This document shows, piece after piece, positions 32,164-41,450 of a DNA stretch of 64,000 nucleotides. The DNA comes from an uncultured cyanobacterium (GTDB taxonomy: Bacteria; Cyanobacteriota; Cyanobacteriia; Cyanobacteriales; Nostocaceae). The stretch spans positions 2,432,001 to 2,496,000 of the forward strand of contig CAVUDP010000002.1 in NCBI GenBank assembly GCA_963740315.1, read 5' to 3'. The position numbers and the translations under genes are program-made. The number at the start of each line of letters is the position of its first letter. The first letter of the stretch is position 1. The notes below the pieces were generated by a model. The model was not told where the DNA came from. It saw only the letters and a program-made list of their open reading frames with translations, and did no database searches.

Positions 32164-35100
32164 ATGAATAACCCAAATAATTTCTTTTCATTTTCTCGTA
32201 ATTTAGAAAGTCAACCCAACGCCGTTCAAGGTGTTTCAGTTGCAGAACCGGATTATTTTAATAGTTTACAAGATGCCTTCAAATGTTATTATGGCAGCCT
32301 GCTATTACTCGGCGAACCGGGAATCGGTAAAAGTTTTTTATTAAAAGAATTTCAACAACAGTTGAAGCAGCAATATGATGATTCTTTAATCATATTTTTA
32401 CAAATTTGGACTTGGAGTAATAAACAACTATCAATTCTTGATTGGGTAGCTGATCATACATCATATTCCCCAGAATTATTAAAGCAAAAAATTCAAGAGC
32501 AACAAGTTATATTTGTATTTGATGGACTAGACGAGCTTGCTTATAATGTTCCTAAATTACCAGAAGATCCTAATTCAGATAAACTTGATTACCGTTTAGA
32601 GTTTTTGCAAAAGCTATCTGAGTTTAACCAAGAATTTGAACAGATCAAAATACTTATTAGCTGTCGCAGTCAGGATTATCTCGATATAACAAGCAATAAT
32701 AATATAAAAATCATACTCAACGGAGCAGTAAAACTTAAAGCTTTACAAAACCAAGATATTCAAGACTATATAAATCAAGCTTTCGAGTACGATCGTCAAA
32801 TCAGTAAGCAACTTTGGAATCTGTTGAGGAGAAATAGGGGATTGCGGAAAATGGTTAGCAATCCGCTATTATTAAGTATTTTTGTAGAAACTTGCAAAAG
32901 CACTCAAGATATTGATAAAGTTGCAGCGATCGGTAATATTGGTGAATTGTTTAATAGCTTTTTAGACAAGAGTTACGAGCTTTTGCAAAAACGGTATTGG
33001 GATCGTGGAGAAAATTTACCATTATCTTTAGATGAACTGAAGAACTTATTAGGACACGTTGCTGTAGCAATGATGGGGGATTTGTACCCCGATGACAATG
33101 AAATTTATGTGAATATTTTTGAGCTTGTTATTCAAAGACATTATCAAGCTGACGATCGAGAAAAGATAGAGGGACTAATTACCCTATCTCAACAGTTAAA
33201 CTTAATAGTTTCTGCCAATCAAAATCCAGTTACCTATAGTTTTAGACATTTAATCCTGCGAGATTATTTGGTATTAAATTTTCTCCAGAAAGAGATCGAT
33301 CGTCTGACAACGGGAACTAAAATCGAAGCAGCACGAGCTTTAGGTAAGATAAATAACCCCAAAGCAAGTGAATTACTAATTGCTTTATTGGAAGACAAAA
33401 CTAAGGATGCTAATGTTTGCTATGAAGCTGTTAATTCCATAGCAGAGTTAGATGACGGTGTTGATTTTCGTGGTTATATTCAAGACTTTCCCGAACATAT
33501 TATCAGTTCGCACCTGAGTGAATTTAGCTCGGAGAATATTAAAGAATATTTTAATAAGTTTGCCGAATACAGACCAATTACAGATGTCGATGCTAGGAAG
33601 TTTAAAGAACTAACATTTGGCAATCCTTTAGCAGTCAAAATGTTAGCAAATATGTGGCGCGATGGAGTTGCTAAAGACACAATATTTAATCATCCGGAAG
33701 CGCCAATTCTTACAAAAGGAAAAAAACGCTTAGTAGCACAACTCTTTCTCAATCAATGTTTAAACGAACAAGATAAACAGGCAGTTTATGCATTAGCAGT
33801 GATGCGCCGTCCCGAAAAAGAATTATTAAGAAGAGCGCTAAAAGCTGAAAATAATCCGGAATTACATTCCAGATTACAACAACTCCATCTTCGCTATTCA
33901 TTTGTTTTACCAGATGAATTTAAGTTGGATGAGCAGTATAAAGTATTTATTCAAGAGTATTTATTAGAACCAGAACAGCGTTTAACTCCTGAAGTATTAG
34001 AACTTAATAGACAAGCGAGAAACTATTTCCAACAACGTTTGGATAACTTAATTCAAGATAAAAGTATAAAGCAGCAATTAGAAACACCAGAAGTTACCGA
34101 AACCATCGGCAATTTAGTTCATCATTGGCAGTGGCGCGATGAAAACCAATATGATGAAAATTTCGTTTGGAACGATACTAAACTCACAGAATATCTGATA
34201 GCAGGATGGCAATATAATATAAACTGGGCGCGTAATCTTCTGCAAGATGCTACTGTTTTTACATCTACAAGAAAGTATAAGCAACGCTGGCAACTTTTCA
34301 AGCGCGGTTTGGCTTCAGAAGCTAGTATTGATGATAAGTCTTGTTTGTTGAAATACTTAGAAACAGAAGTTAACGCTCAAGAAATTTCGCCGGAAGCGAT
34401 CGCGATTGTTTTGCTTAAAAGCGGTGAGTTACTCTTGAGACAGCAGAGAGATAAAGAAGCTAATTATAAGTTAAACGAAGCACTTTTCCAAGCAGAAAGT
34501 ATCAACGCTCAAGATTTACTTCCACAGATACAAGATTTACTTCCAAAATTAGAACCAGAACCCCAACCGGATATTATTTCTAGTCACTCAGATTATATAA
34601 CTTCAATTAATTTGAGTTCGGATGGAACAAAAGCTTTATCTGGCAGCTTTGACAAAACGCTTAAAGTGTGGTCCGTTTCGACTCAAAATAGTTTACTTAA
34701 TTGTCTGCTTACTTTTGATGGGCATACAGGAGTTATTTATTCAGTTTATCTCAGCCAAGATGGTAAATTAGCTGTTTCTGGAAGCGCTGACAAAACTGTA
34801 AAACTCTGGGATATTCAAGCCGCGAAGTGTATTCAAACATTTGAGGGACATACCGATATAGTAAGTTCGGTTATTTTAAGTCACGATAATCGCTTCATTA
34901 TATCCGGTAGCTTCGATCGCACTTTAAAAATATGGGATGTTGAAACGGGAAAATGTCTCTCTACTTTAAACGAACATCAAGATGCAGTGCGGACGGTTGC
35001 TTTGAGTGCTGACGGCAGTTTAGCGCTATCCGGTAGCTTCGATCGCAGTTTGAAATTATGGGATATTAGTACGGGTAAATGCCTGCATACTTTCACAGAA

Positions 35101-35985
35101 CATACTGCCCAAATACGTTCGGTTTGTTTTAGCTCCGATGGTAAATTTGCTTTATCTGGTGCTTTTGATAGAACTTTAAAATATTGGGATATTAATACTC
35201 GTAAATTTTTGCGTGAATTTAAAGAAGATGCTGACGTATATTGTGTTTCTCTCTCCCACGATAACCGTTTTGCTGTATCGGGTAACGGCAATGCAATTCT
35301 GAAAGTTTGGGATATTAATACGGGTGAATGTTTAAAAGTATTTGCAGAACATACAGATGTTGTTTCTTCTGTAGCTTTAACTCAAGATAATAACTATGCT
35401 GTATCCGCAAGTGGCGATAAAACAATTAAACTTTGGAAATTAGATTTACCAGATATTACAGAAGTTAGTTATATAGAGCCAGATGAAAGTCCGAATCAAC
35501 CGACAAAAAATCCTTGGAAGTTAGTAGCGTTAATCCTATTAATTATTTTATCCTTGGGTTTTGTATCTTTGATATTTTTTCTTCATAATAATGGAAACTA
35601 TGGAGAAGGCAAAATTTCAAATCCTCCCGAAATAGAAAAAATTTGCGAACAAGGAAAGGAAATTTACGAAGATGGCATCATAAAATACCAAACCAGAAAG
35701 AATAATATTGGAAGTATTGATTCAGAAGCAAGGGAGATACTGAAACAAACTCTTGATGAGTTAACGAAAAACGATGATAAGTTAGAGAAAAATTATAAAA
35801 ATAACCAGCAACGAGATTGTTTAGTAGAATATTTAAGTTTTATAAGGTATAAATATGCTATTGAAGTATTAGCTTCTAGCGGTCAAAAACAAGAAGCTAT
35901 TGAATTACTCAATCAAGTTCCTGACAGCTATAGCCAAATTAAAGCAGTGCAACAAATACTAGAAAAATGGAATTCTCCAATCTAA
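32164..35985 (+). CDS. NACHT NTPase, HEAT, STAND C-terminal helical part, WD40 propeller, TM and extracytoplasmic tail
   Basis: GEPGIGKS, VFDGLDE, NPLLL, FRH; TFGNPLAV; about 7 GH..WD repeats; LVALILLIILSLGFVSLIFF TM. Confidence 0.88.
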   Translation: MNNPNNFFSFSRNLESQPNAVQGVSVAEPDYFNSLQDAFKCYYGSLLLLGEPGIGKSFLLKEFQQQLKQQYDDSLIIFLQIWTWSNKQLSILDWVADHTSYSPELLKQKIQEQQVIFVFDGLDELAYNVPKLPEDPNSDKLDYRLEFLQKLSEFNQEFEQIKILISCRSQDYLDITSNNNIKIILNGAVKLKALQNQDIQDYINQAFEYDRQISKQLWNLLRRNRGLRKMVSNPLLLSIFVETCKSTQDIDKVAAIGNIGELFNSFLDKSYELLQKRYWDRGENLPLSLDELKNLLGHVAVAMMGDLYPDDNEIYVNIFELVIQRHYQADDREKIEGLITLSQQLNLIVSANQNPVTYSFRHLILRDYLVLNFLQKEIDRLTTGTKIEAARALGKINNPKASELLIALLEDKTKDANVCYEAVNSIAELDDGVDFRGYIQDFPEHIISSHLSEFSSENIKEYFNKFAEYRPITDVDARKFKELTFGNPLAVKMLANMWRDGVAKDTIFNHPEAPILTKGKKRLVAQLFLNQCLNEQDKQAVYALAVMRRPEKELLRRALKAENNPELHSRLQQLHLRYSFVLPDEFKLDEQYKVFIQEYLLEPEQRLTPEVLELNRQARNYFQQRLDNLIQDKSIKQQLETPEVTETIGNLVHHWQWRDENQYDENFVWNDTKLTEYLIAGWQYNINWARNLLQDATVFTSTRKYKQRWQLFKRGLASEASIDDKSCLLKYLETEVNAQEISPEAIAIVLLKSGELLLRQQRDKEANYKLNEALFQAESINAQDLLPQIQDLLPKLEPEPQPDIISSHSDYITSINLSSDGTKALSGSFDKTLKVWSVSTQNSLLNCLLTFDGHTGVIYSVYLSQDGKLAVSGSADKTVKLWDIQAAKCIQTFEGHTDIVSSVILSHDNRFIISGSFDRTLKIWDVETGKCLSTLNEHQDAVRTVALSADGSLALSGSFDRSLKLWDISTGKCLHTFTEHTAQIRSVCFSSDGKFALSGAFDRTLKYWDINTRKFLREFKEDADVYCVSLSHDNRFAVSGNGNAILKVWDINTGECLKVFAEHTDVVSSVALTQDNNYAVSASGDKTIKLWKLDLPDITEVSYIEPDESPNQPTKNPWKLVALILLIILSLGFVSLIFFLHNNGNYGEGKISNPPEIEKICEQGKEIYEDGIIKYQTRKNNIGSIDSEAREILKQTLDELTKNDDKLEKNYKNNQQRDCLVEYLSFIRYKYAIEVLASSGQKQEAIELLNQVPDSYSQIKAVQQILEKWNSPI

Positions 35986-37916
35986 TTAATTGCACCATAA
36001 TTAACTCTCAAAACCCTACCTGCATTCAAAATTGCCAGCAGCGCTACACCCACATCTGCAAATACGGCTAACCACAAGGTTGCAATACCAAAGATACCCA
36101 ACAGAATAAATAAGCCCTTAACTGCCATTGCTAAAATAATATTCTGCCAGACAATTTTGTGAGTCTTTTTACCAACTTCGATCGCTTCAGCAACTTTAGA
36201 AGGAGCATCCGTCATTAGCACTACATCGGCTGTCTCAATTGCTGCATCCGTTCCCAAGGCTCCCATTGCCATACCGACATCAGCCCTCGCAATTACGGGT
36301 GCATCGTTAATTCCGTCGCCGACAAATACAACTTTCTTGTTTTTACCAGATTGACGCAGGTACTTTTCGATCGCCTCCACTTTATCTTCGGGCAATAACT
36401 CTGCAAGGAAAGAATCTATTTTCAACTGCTGGGCAATATTTTGAGCAACGGCTTGATTATCTCCGGTGAGCATGACAATTTGCTTAACACCAGCGCTTTT
36501 CAACTTCCGCATCGCTTCAACTGCATCATCTTTGAGTTCATCGGCAATGATAATTCTTCCGGCGTAAACCCCATCTACTGCTAAATGAACTACCGTTCCC
36601 TCAACACATACATCATGTTCGATATTCTCTCGATTTAGCAAACGATCGTTACCTGCAATAATAATTTGATTCCCAACTCTGGCTTGAATACCATGCCCGG
36701 GAATTTCCCGATAATCTTTCACGTCTGTTGTATCAACTTCACCGTATGCTGATAAAATTGATTTTGCAACTGGATGGTTAGATTGTGATTCAACTTTTGC
36801 TGCCAGCGTTAATAATTCTGCTTCACTAAAGCCGTTTTTCGCAACTATTTTAGTAACGTTAAAAACCCCTTTAGTCAAAGTTCCAGTTTTATCAAATATA
36901 ACGGTTTCTACATTTGTCAGGGTATCGAGAAACGTCGAGCCTTTTACTAAAATACCTCTTTTCGCCGCACCACCAACACCACCGAAATAGCCCAAGGGAA
37001 TGCTAATTACCAATCCGCAAGGGCAAGAAATTACTAATAAAACTAAGGCGCGATAAACCCATTGTGCCGATGTTGCACCCGGTATAAATAATGGCGGTAA
37101 TATTGCCACAGCTAAAGATAGGAAGACGACAACAGGGGTGTAATATCTAGCAAAGCGGGTGATAAATTTTTCAGTTGCAGCTTTTTTACTGCTTGCGTTT
37201 TCTACTAAATGAAGAATTTTAGAAATTGAAGATTCTGCAAATAACTTGCTGACTCGAACCGTCAAAACTCCCGATTTATTGATCGTTCCCGCCAAAACAG
37301 TTTCTCCAACTTTAACCGTTCGCGGTACGGATTCTCCCGTCAATGCAGAAGTATCTATTTGAGAAGCGCCTTGGGTAATTTCACCATCTAAAGGAATTTT
37401 CTCACCCGGTTTAACGATAATTACATCCCCAACTTGGACGCTTTCGGGCGAAACCTGTTTAACCTTACCATTTACTTTCAGATTAGCTGAGTCTGGACGT
37501 ACTTCTAACAACGATTTTATCGAAGAGCGAGAGCGACTTACTGAAAAGCCCTGAAATAATTCCCCAACTTGGAAAAACAGCATCACCGCAACGGCTTCGG
37601 GAATTTGGTGAATGGCGATCGCTCCCAACGTAGCGATCGTCATCAGGAAGTTTTCATCAAATATTTTCCCCCGTAAAATATTACGTCCGGCTGTAGTCAA
37701 AACGCTCCAACCACTTACCAGATAAGCCGGAATGAAAACTAAATACTCACCGATAGAAAAAGGGGTATTGTGTAAAGGTTGATAAAAAATTAAACCTACA
37801 ACAAACAAAACCATCGACACCGCAACAGGTATAATTTCTTGCTTCAGACTGAATTCACCATGACTATGCCCCGAATGTTCGCTATCTGAAGCACAACAAC
37901 CAGAATGTGATGCCAT
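35982..37916 (-). CDS. Zn/Cd/Pb P1B-type ATPase (ZiaA/CadA-like)
   Basis: His/Cys-rich N-terminus, TGES, CPC, DKTGT, HP, GDGINDAP. Confidence 0.95.
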   Translation of the reverse strand: MASHSGCCASDSEHSGHSHGEFSLKQEIIPVAVSMVLFVVGLIFYQPLHNTPFSIGEYLVFIPAYLVSGWSVLTTAGRNILRGKIFDENFLMTIATLGAIAIHQIPEAVAVMLFFQVGELFQGFSVSRSRSSIKSLLEVRPDSANLKVNGKVKQVSPESVQVGDVIIVKPGEKIPLDGEITQGASQIDTSALTGESVPRTVKVGETVLAGTINKSGVLTVRVSKLFAESSISKILHLVENASSKKAATEKFITRFARYYTPVVVFLSLAVAILPPLFIPGATSAQWVYRALVLLVISCPCGLVISIPLGYFGGVGGAAKRGILVKGSTFLDTLTNVETVIFDKTGTLTKGVFNVTKIVAKNGFSEAELLTLAAKVESQSNHPVAKSILSAYGEVDTTDVKDYREIPGHGIQARVGNQIIIAGNDRLLNRENIEHDVCVEGTVVHLAVDGVYAGRIIIADELKDDAVEAMRKLKSAGVKQIVMLTGDNQAVAQNIAQQLKIDSFLAELLPEDKVEAIEKYLRQSGKNKKVVFVGDGINDAPVIARADVGMAMGALGTDAAIETADVVLMTDAPSKVAEAIEVGKKTHKIVWQNIILAMAVKGLFILLGIFGIATLWLAVFADVGVALLAILNAGRVLRVNYGAIN

Positions 37917-37956
37917 TATTTAATACCTCAATATGATATATGAATCTTTCTACAAC

Positions 37957-37970
37957 TGAACAACTATTCA
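37957..37970. promoter_or_regulatory. SmtB/ZiaR-type operator
   Basis: TGAACAACTATTCA imperfect palindrome upstream of the ATPase. Confidence 0.7.
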
Positions 37971-38017
37971 TATATTATCTAAAATTGGGTTATCTACACA
38001 AGATTTAACGATTAATT

Positions 38018-38410
38018 TTAAATATCTGGTTCATCGGTGTGGTTTGCCATTTCACGGTAGATGTTGGTAACATGGCTATCTTTCAAGCTGTAATAGACAT
38101 TGCGTCCTTCACGACGATATTTGACCAAACGCATAGTACGCAGAATTCGGAGTTGATGGGAAACTGCTGATTCACTCATTTTGACAGATGCAGCTAAATC
38201 GCAAACGCACAATTCCTGTTTCGTTAAAGCAGAGAGGAGACGCAAGCGGTGTGGATCTGCGAGAGTTCCAAATAGATCCGCCATCTGTTGCGCTTTCTCT
38301 ACGGATATAATTTCTGGCTGCACCTCGCGAACATTACTTAGATGAACTTCACTAGAGTCGCAGCTAGGTGAATCAAGATATGATAGTTTGGCTTTAGTTG
38401 GTTTGCTCAT
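38018..38410 (-). CDS. ArsR/SmtB metalloregulator (ZiaR/SmtB-like)
   Basis: ELCVCDLA, SAVSHQLR.LR, alpha5 DSHV..E..NH site. Confidence 0.93.
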   Translation of the reverse strand: MSKPTKAKLSYLDSPSCDSSEVHLSNVREVQPEIISVEKAQQMADLFGTLADPHRLRLLSALTKQELCVCDLAASVKMSESAVSHQLRILRTMRLVKYRREGRNVYYSLKDSHVTNIYREMANHTDEPDI

Positions 38411-38481
38411 AGGATTTATATCTACAACGAATAAAGCTTATTTCTTTTCGTTGTATTTGTGTGGGCTTTGAGAAGAAATAA

Positions 38482-38496
38482 TGATATTGATTATCA
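38482..38496. promoter_or_regulatory. Zur (FurB)-type 7-1-7 box
   Basis: TGATATTGATTATCA versus consensus TGATAATNATTATCA. Confidence 0.65.
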
Positions 38497-38509
38497 TTGT
38501 AGCTAAGTT

Positions 38510-38523
38510 TGAACAAACGTTCA
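38510..38523. promoter_or_regulatory. SmtB/ZiaR-type operator (autoregulatory)
   Basis: TGAACAAACGTTCA. Confidence 0.65.
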
Positions 38524-38568
38524 TCTATTTGAATTCAAAATAATAAATCCCTTACCACCATAGCTGTA

Positions 38569-38583
38569 TGATAACGATTATCA
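38569..38583. promoter_or_regulatory. Zur (FurB)-type 7-1-7 box
   Basis: TGATAACGATTATCA. Confidence 0.65.
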
Positions 38584-38801
38584 TTCTAAATAAATGTGAT
38601 GTTTAGATTATCTCTGAATGCGATCGGTTTGCAACAGCGATGCAGCGATCGCATCTAGTCGATCGGCAATTCCCAATTGTTCAAAATCCGATCCAAAGAC
38701 TATCATAGGCAGGTTTTCTAGAATGGCAAATACTATCCGCTGAAGGTAAGACTGCCATTAACTTAGCCGTTCGCTTGAAACGTTTAATTTTAATTTGGAA
38801 G

Positions 38802-39380
38802 CTAAGTTACGTCTCTACATCTTGTCGCTGACGAAATATTCCTCAGAAGGTTTATTCCTGTAATCAACATAATAATTAATCCCAAACCTACGAATAAAAC
38901 ATAAATTGGTTTAAAGAAATTTCCTAGATAACTTCCTTGATGAATTCTCAGAAAAATTGCTGCATTCTGCGGGGACATTCCAAACCAGCTTTTTCCTAAT
39001 CGATAAATTACACCCGTTACCGCACTTGCACTCAAAGGTAAAAATACAATGGGTGCGAATATACGGTGAACTTTACGGAGATTAAGTTTTCCTCTTAGTG
39101 AAGAACGATTATTACCAGATATTCCAGTCATGCTTAAACCAGTAACAATCATCCCTAATAGTCCTAACCCAACTAAAAGCACGTAAACTGGTACGAGTGG
39201 AGTTCCAAGATATTCTCCTTGATGAATCACCATGAAGATATTTCCTACCTTGTTTGACATTCCAAACCAGCTTTTTCCCAGTCGGTAAATTATTCCCGTC
39301 AAAGCACTAATTAACAAAGGTAGGAAGATAATTAAAGCAGTTTTACGGTGGAGTTTGCGGAAGAATCCAGATGCAGCCAT
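38802..39380 (-). CDS. PepSY-associated TM domain protein (internally duplicated)
   Basis: Two RK.HR..PL..SA.TG.IYRLGKSWFGMS..IHQG.YLG halves. Confidence 0.8.
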   Translation of the reverse strand: MAASGFFRKLHRKTALIIFLPLLISALTGIIYRLGKSWFGMSNKVGNIFMVIHQGEYLGTPLVPVYVLLVGLGLLGMIVTGLSMTGISGNNRSSLRGKLNLRKVHRIFAPIVFLPLSASAVTGVIYRLGKSWFGMSPQNAAIFLRIHQGSYLGNFFKPIYVLFVGLGLIIMLITGINLLRNISSATRCRDVT

Positions 39381-39649
39381 GATTACTCCAAATTGAATAA
39401 ATTTTCAGCAAAGAAAACATTGATTTCTTCTTCAACCAGTCCATATAGCTTTAGTCTAAAAATACCCTCTTAATCATTAAGTTTTACAAATCCAGATAAT
39501 TAGTTTTGGACCATCCAATTTAAGTTTATTTGAGAAACGGATTTTGCAATACCTCCCCATTCTTCTAGGTTGAATTCTCCCCAAATATCCGATGTTGTAT
39601 GCGAAAACAAAAAGGCAAAATACAAACATCGTTACTATTCTTTGTTTTT

Positions 39650-40555
39650 ATGTCCACCAAAGCGTTACAAGCTTTATCAAACAATATTGCCGAAATCGTT
39701 GCTTCTTCAGGTAAAGCGATTGTTTCAGTCAATGCTAACAGACGCTTTACCCCCAGCGGTATTCACTGGCGTAATGGTATCATTGTGACTTCTGATGAAT
39801 CTCTCAAACGTTACGAAGACATTACCGTGACTCTCGCAAATGGTGCTAAAGAGCCAGTTTCGCTTATAGGACGCGACCCTACTACCGATGTCGCAGTTTT
39901 CAAACTAGAAAAAGCCGATATTCCCGTTGCAACCATAGGAGATGCTGCGATCGAAGTTGGTAATTTGGTTTTAGCATTAGCAAGGAGTAGCGATGGTGAT
40001 ATCCGCGCTGCAATGGGTGTGTTGAGCGTTGTTGGCGATCGGTGGCAAAGTATGAGTGGTGGAAACATCGATCGCCTCATCCGTCCGGATATCATGCTTT
40101 ACCCAGGATTTAACGGTGGTGCTTTAGTAGATACGGACGGAAATATTGTCGGAATGAACACATCCGGAAGACGGGGTACCGCTTTAACTATTCCTGCTTC
40201 TACAATTGATAGAGTTGTCGAACAATTAGTTAGCAAAGGAAGAATTCCACGGGGTTATTTAGGTTTGGGAATGCAGCCAGTCAAATTACCGGAGAGCTTA
40301 AAAAAATCCCTGAATTTAAATAAGAGTGGTGGTGTAATTGTTGTTAACGTTGAAGCTTCGAGTGCTGCCGAGGATGCAGGAATCTTATTAGGAGATATAT
40401 TAATCGGTTTTGATGATAAAGATTTAGCTGATACTAATGATATCCTGTCATTGCTTAACGATAGTTCCCGTGTAGGTAAAAGCGTAAAAATGCAACTCGT
40501 GCGCGGTGGTAAGTTAAATGAATTGGATCTAACTGTAGGCGAACGAACTATTTAG
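39650..40555 (+). CDS. S1C (HtrA-like) protease-fold plus PDZ protein, catalytic residues degenerate
   Basis: GRDPTTDVAV, PGFNGGAL..G..VGMNT, RGYLG PDZ; ATG 39650 preferred. Confidence 0.85.
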   Translation: MSTKALQALSNNIAEIVASSGKAIVSVNANRRFTPSGIHWRNGIIVTSDESLKRYEDITVTLANGAKEPVSLIGRDPTTDVAVFKLEKADIPVATIGDAAIEVGNLVLALARSSDGDIRAAMGVLSVVGDRWQSMSGGNIDRLIRPDIMLYPGFNGGALVDTDGNIVGMNTSGRRGTALTIPASTIDRVVEQLVSKGRIPRGYLGLGMQPVKLPESLKKSLNLNKSGGVIVVNVEASSAAEDAGILLGDILIGFDDKDLADTNDILSLLNDSSRVGKSVKMQLVRGGKLNELDLTVGERTI

Positions 40556-40684
40556 AGTTGTATATTTCGCAATGGCTTTAGTTGTAACACATCACTATTC
40601 AATGGTGCGTTACAACTATATCTTTTTTTCTTAAATAAATTGCGGGACTAACGCACCCTGTTAAAATTCAGAATTTAAAATTTA

Positions 40685-41314
40685 ATGTCGGACATAATTC
40701 GAGTCATGGTAGTTGCAGCTTCCCCAGTCATGAGAATAGGGTTGTCAGCAATGCTAGACGATAACCCAAAATTGATTGTGACAACTGCGTCTCTATTTGA
40801 TTCCCTTACCGAAGAGGAAATGCAGCTACCACCTGACGTGCTGTTACTCGATTGGAGCGATCGCGAATCCTTAACGTTAATTGAACAGTCAAATGCGGCA
40901 ACTATTATTTTGATCTCGGAACTCGAAGATATCAACTTAGGAACGGTTTTAGCTGCCCGAGTCAAAGGAGTGTTACCGCAAACCGTTGAAGAATCGGAAA
41001 TTATTGCAGCCATTGTTGCGGTAGCTGCGGGGTTGGTGGTGCTGCATCCAGGAGTTATTGATAATTTGCCCCCGATTAAAGCGAATTCCTACCAACAAAC
41101 CGATATTAATTTAATCCAAACATTAACACCACGAGAAATTGAAGTTTTACAAATGTTGACGGATGGATTGAGTAATAAAGTAATAGCGCAGCAGATGCAT
41201 ATTTCCGAGCATACCGTTAAATTTCATATTTCATCTATTTTTCAAAAACTTGATGTTTCGACACGTACCGAAGCTGTAACGGTAGGGATAAGGTTGGGTT
41301 TAATTATGTTGTAA
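40685..41314 (+). CDS. NarL/LuxR family response regulator with atypical receiver
   Basis: LTPREIEVL..GLSNK.IA..ISEHTVKFH; receiver lacks acidic pocket (VVAASP). Confidence 0.9.
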   Translation: MSDIIRVMVVAASPVMRIGLSAMLDDNPKLIVTTASLFDSLTEEEMQLPPDVLLLDWSDRESLTLIEQSNAATIILISELEDINLGTVLAARVKGVLPQTVEESEIIAAIVAVAAGLVVLHPGVIDNLPPIKANSYQQTDINLIQTLTPREIEVLQMLTDGLSNKVIAQQMHISEHTVKFHISSIFQKLDVSTRTEAVTVGIRLGLIML

Positions 41315-41450
41315 ATTGCGGTGATTGTGGAATCTGTTTATTTAATGGCACGGGCTTCACAAATCTCTACACAACCACGCACTAGGTGAGAAATGTAATG
41401 ATAAACTCGGGAGTTTACTAGAGAGTCAAGCTGATAATAGTAAAAACTGT

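Noticed and set aside
29900..33470. Intein or intron explaining the split NTPase
   Set aside because: No C/S..HN intein termini or intron RT ORF seen; the intervening block contains stop codons and separate genes.
38590..38800. Metallothionein (smtA) beside the SmtB-like regulator
   Set aside because: No Cys-rich small ORF found in the frames I translated.
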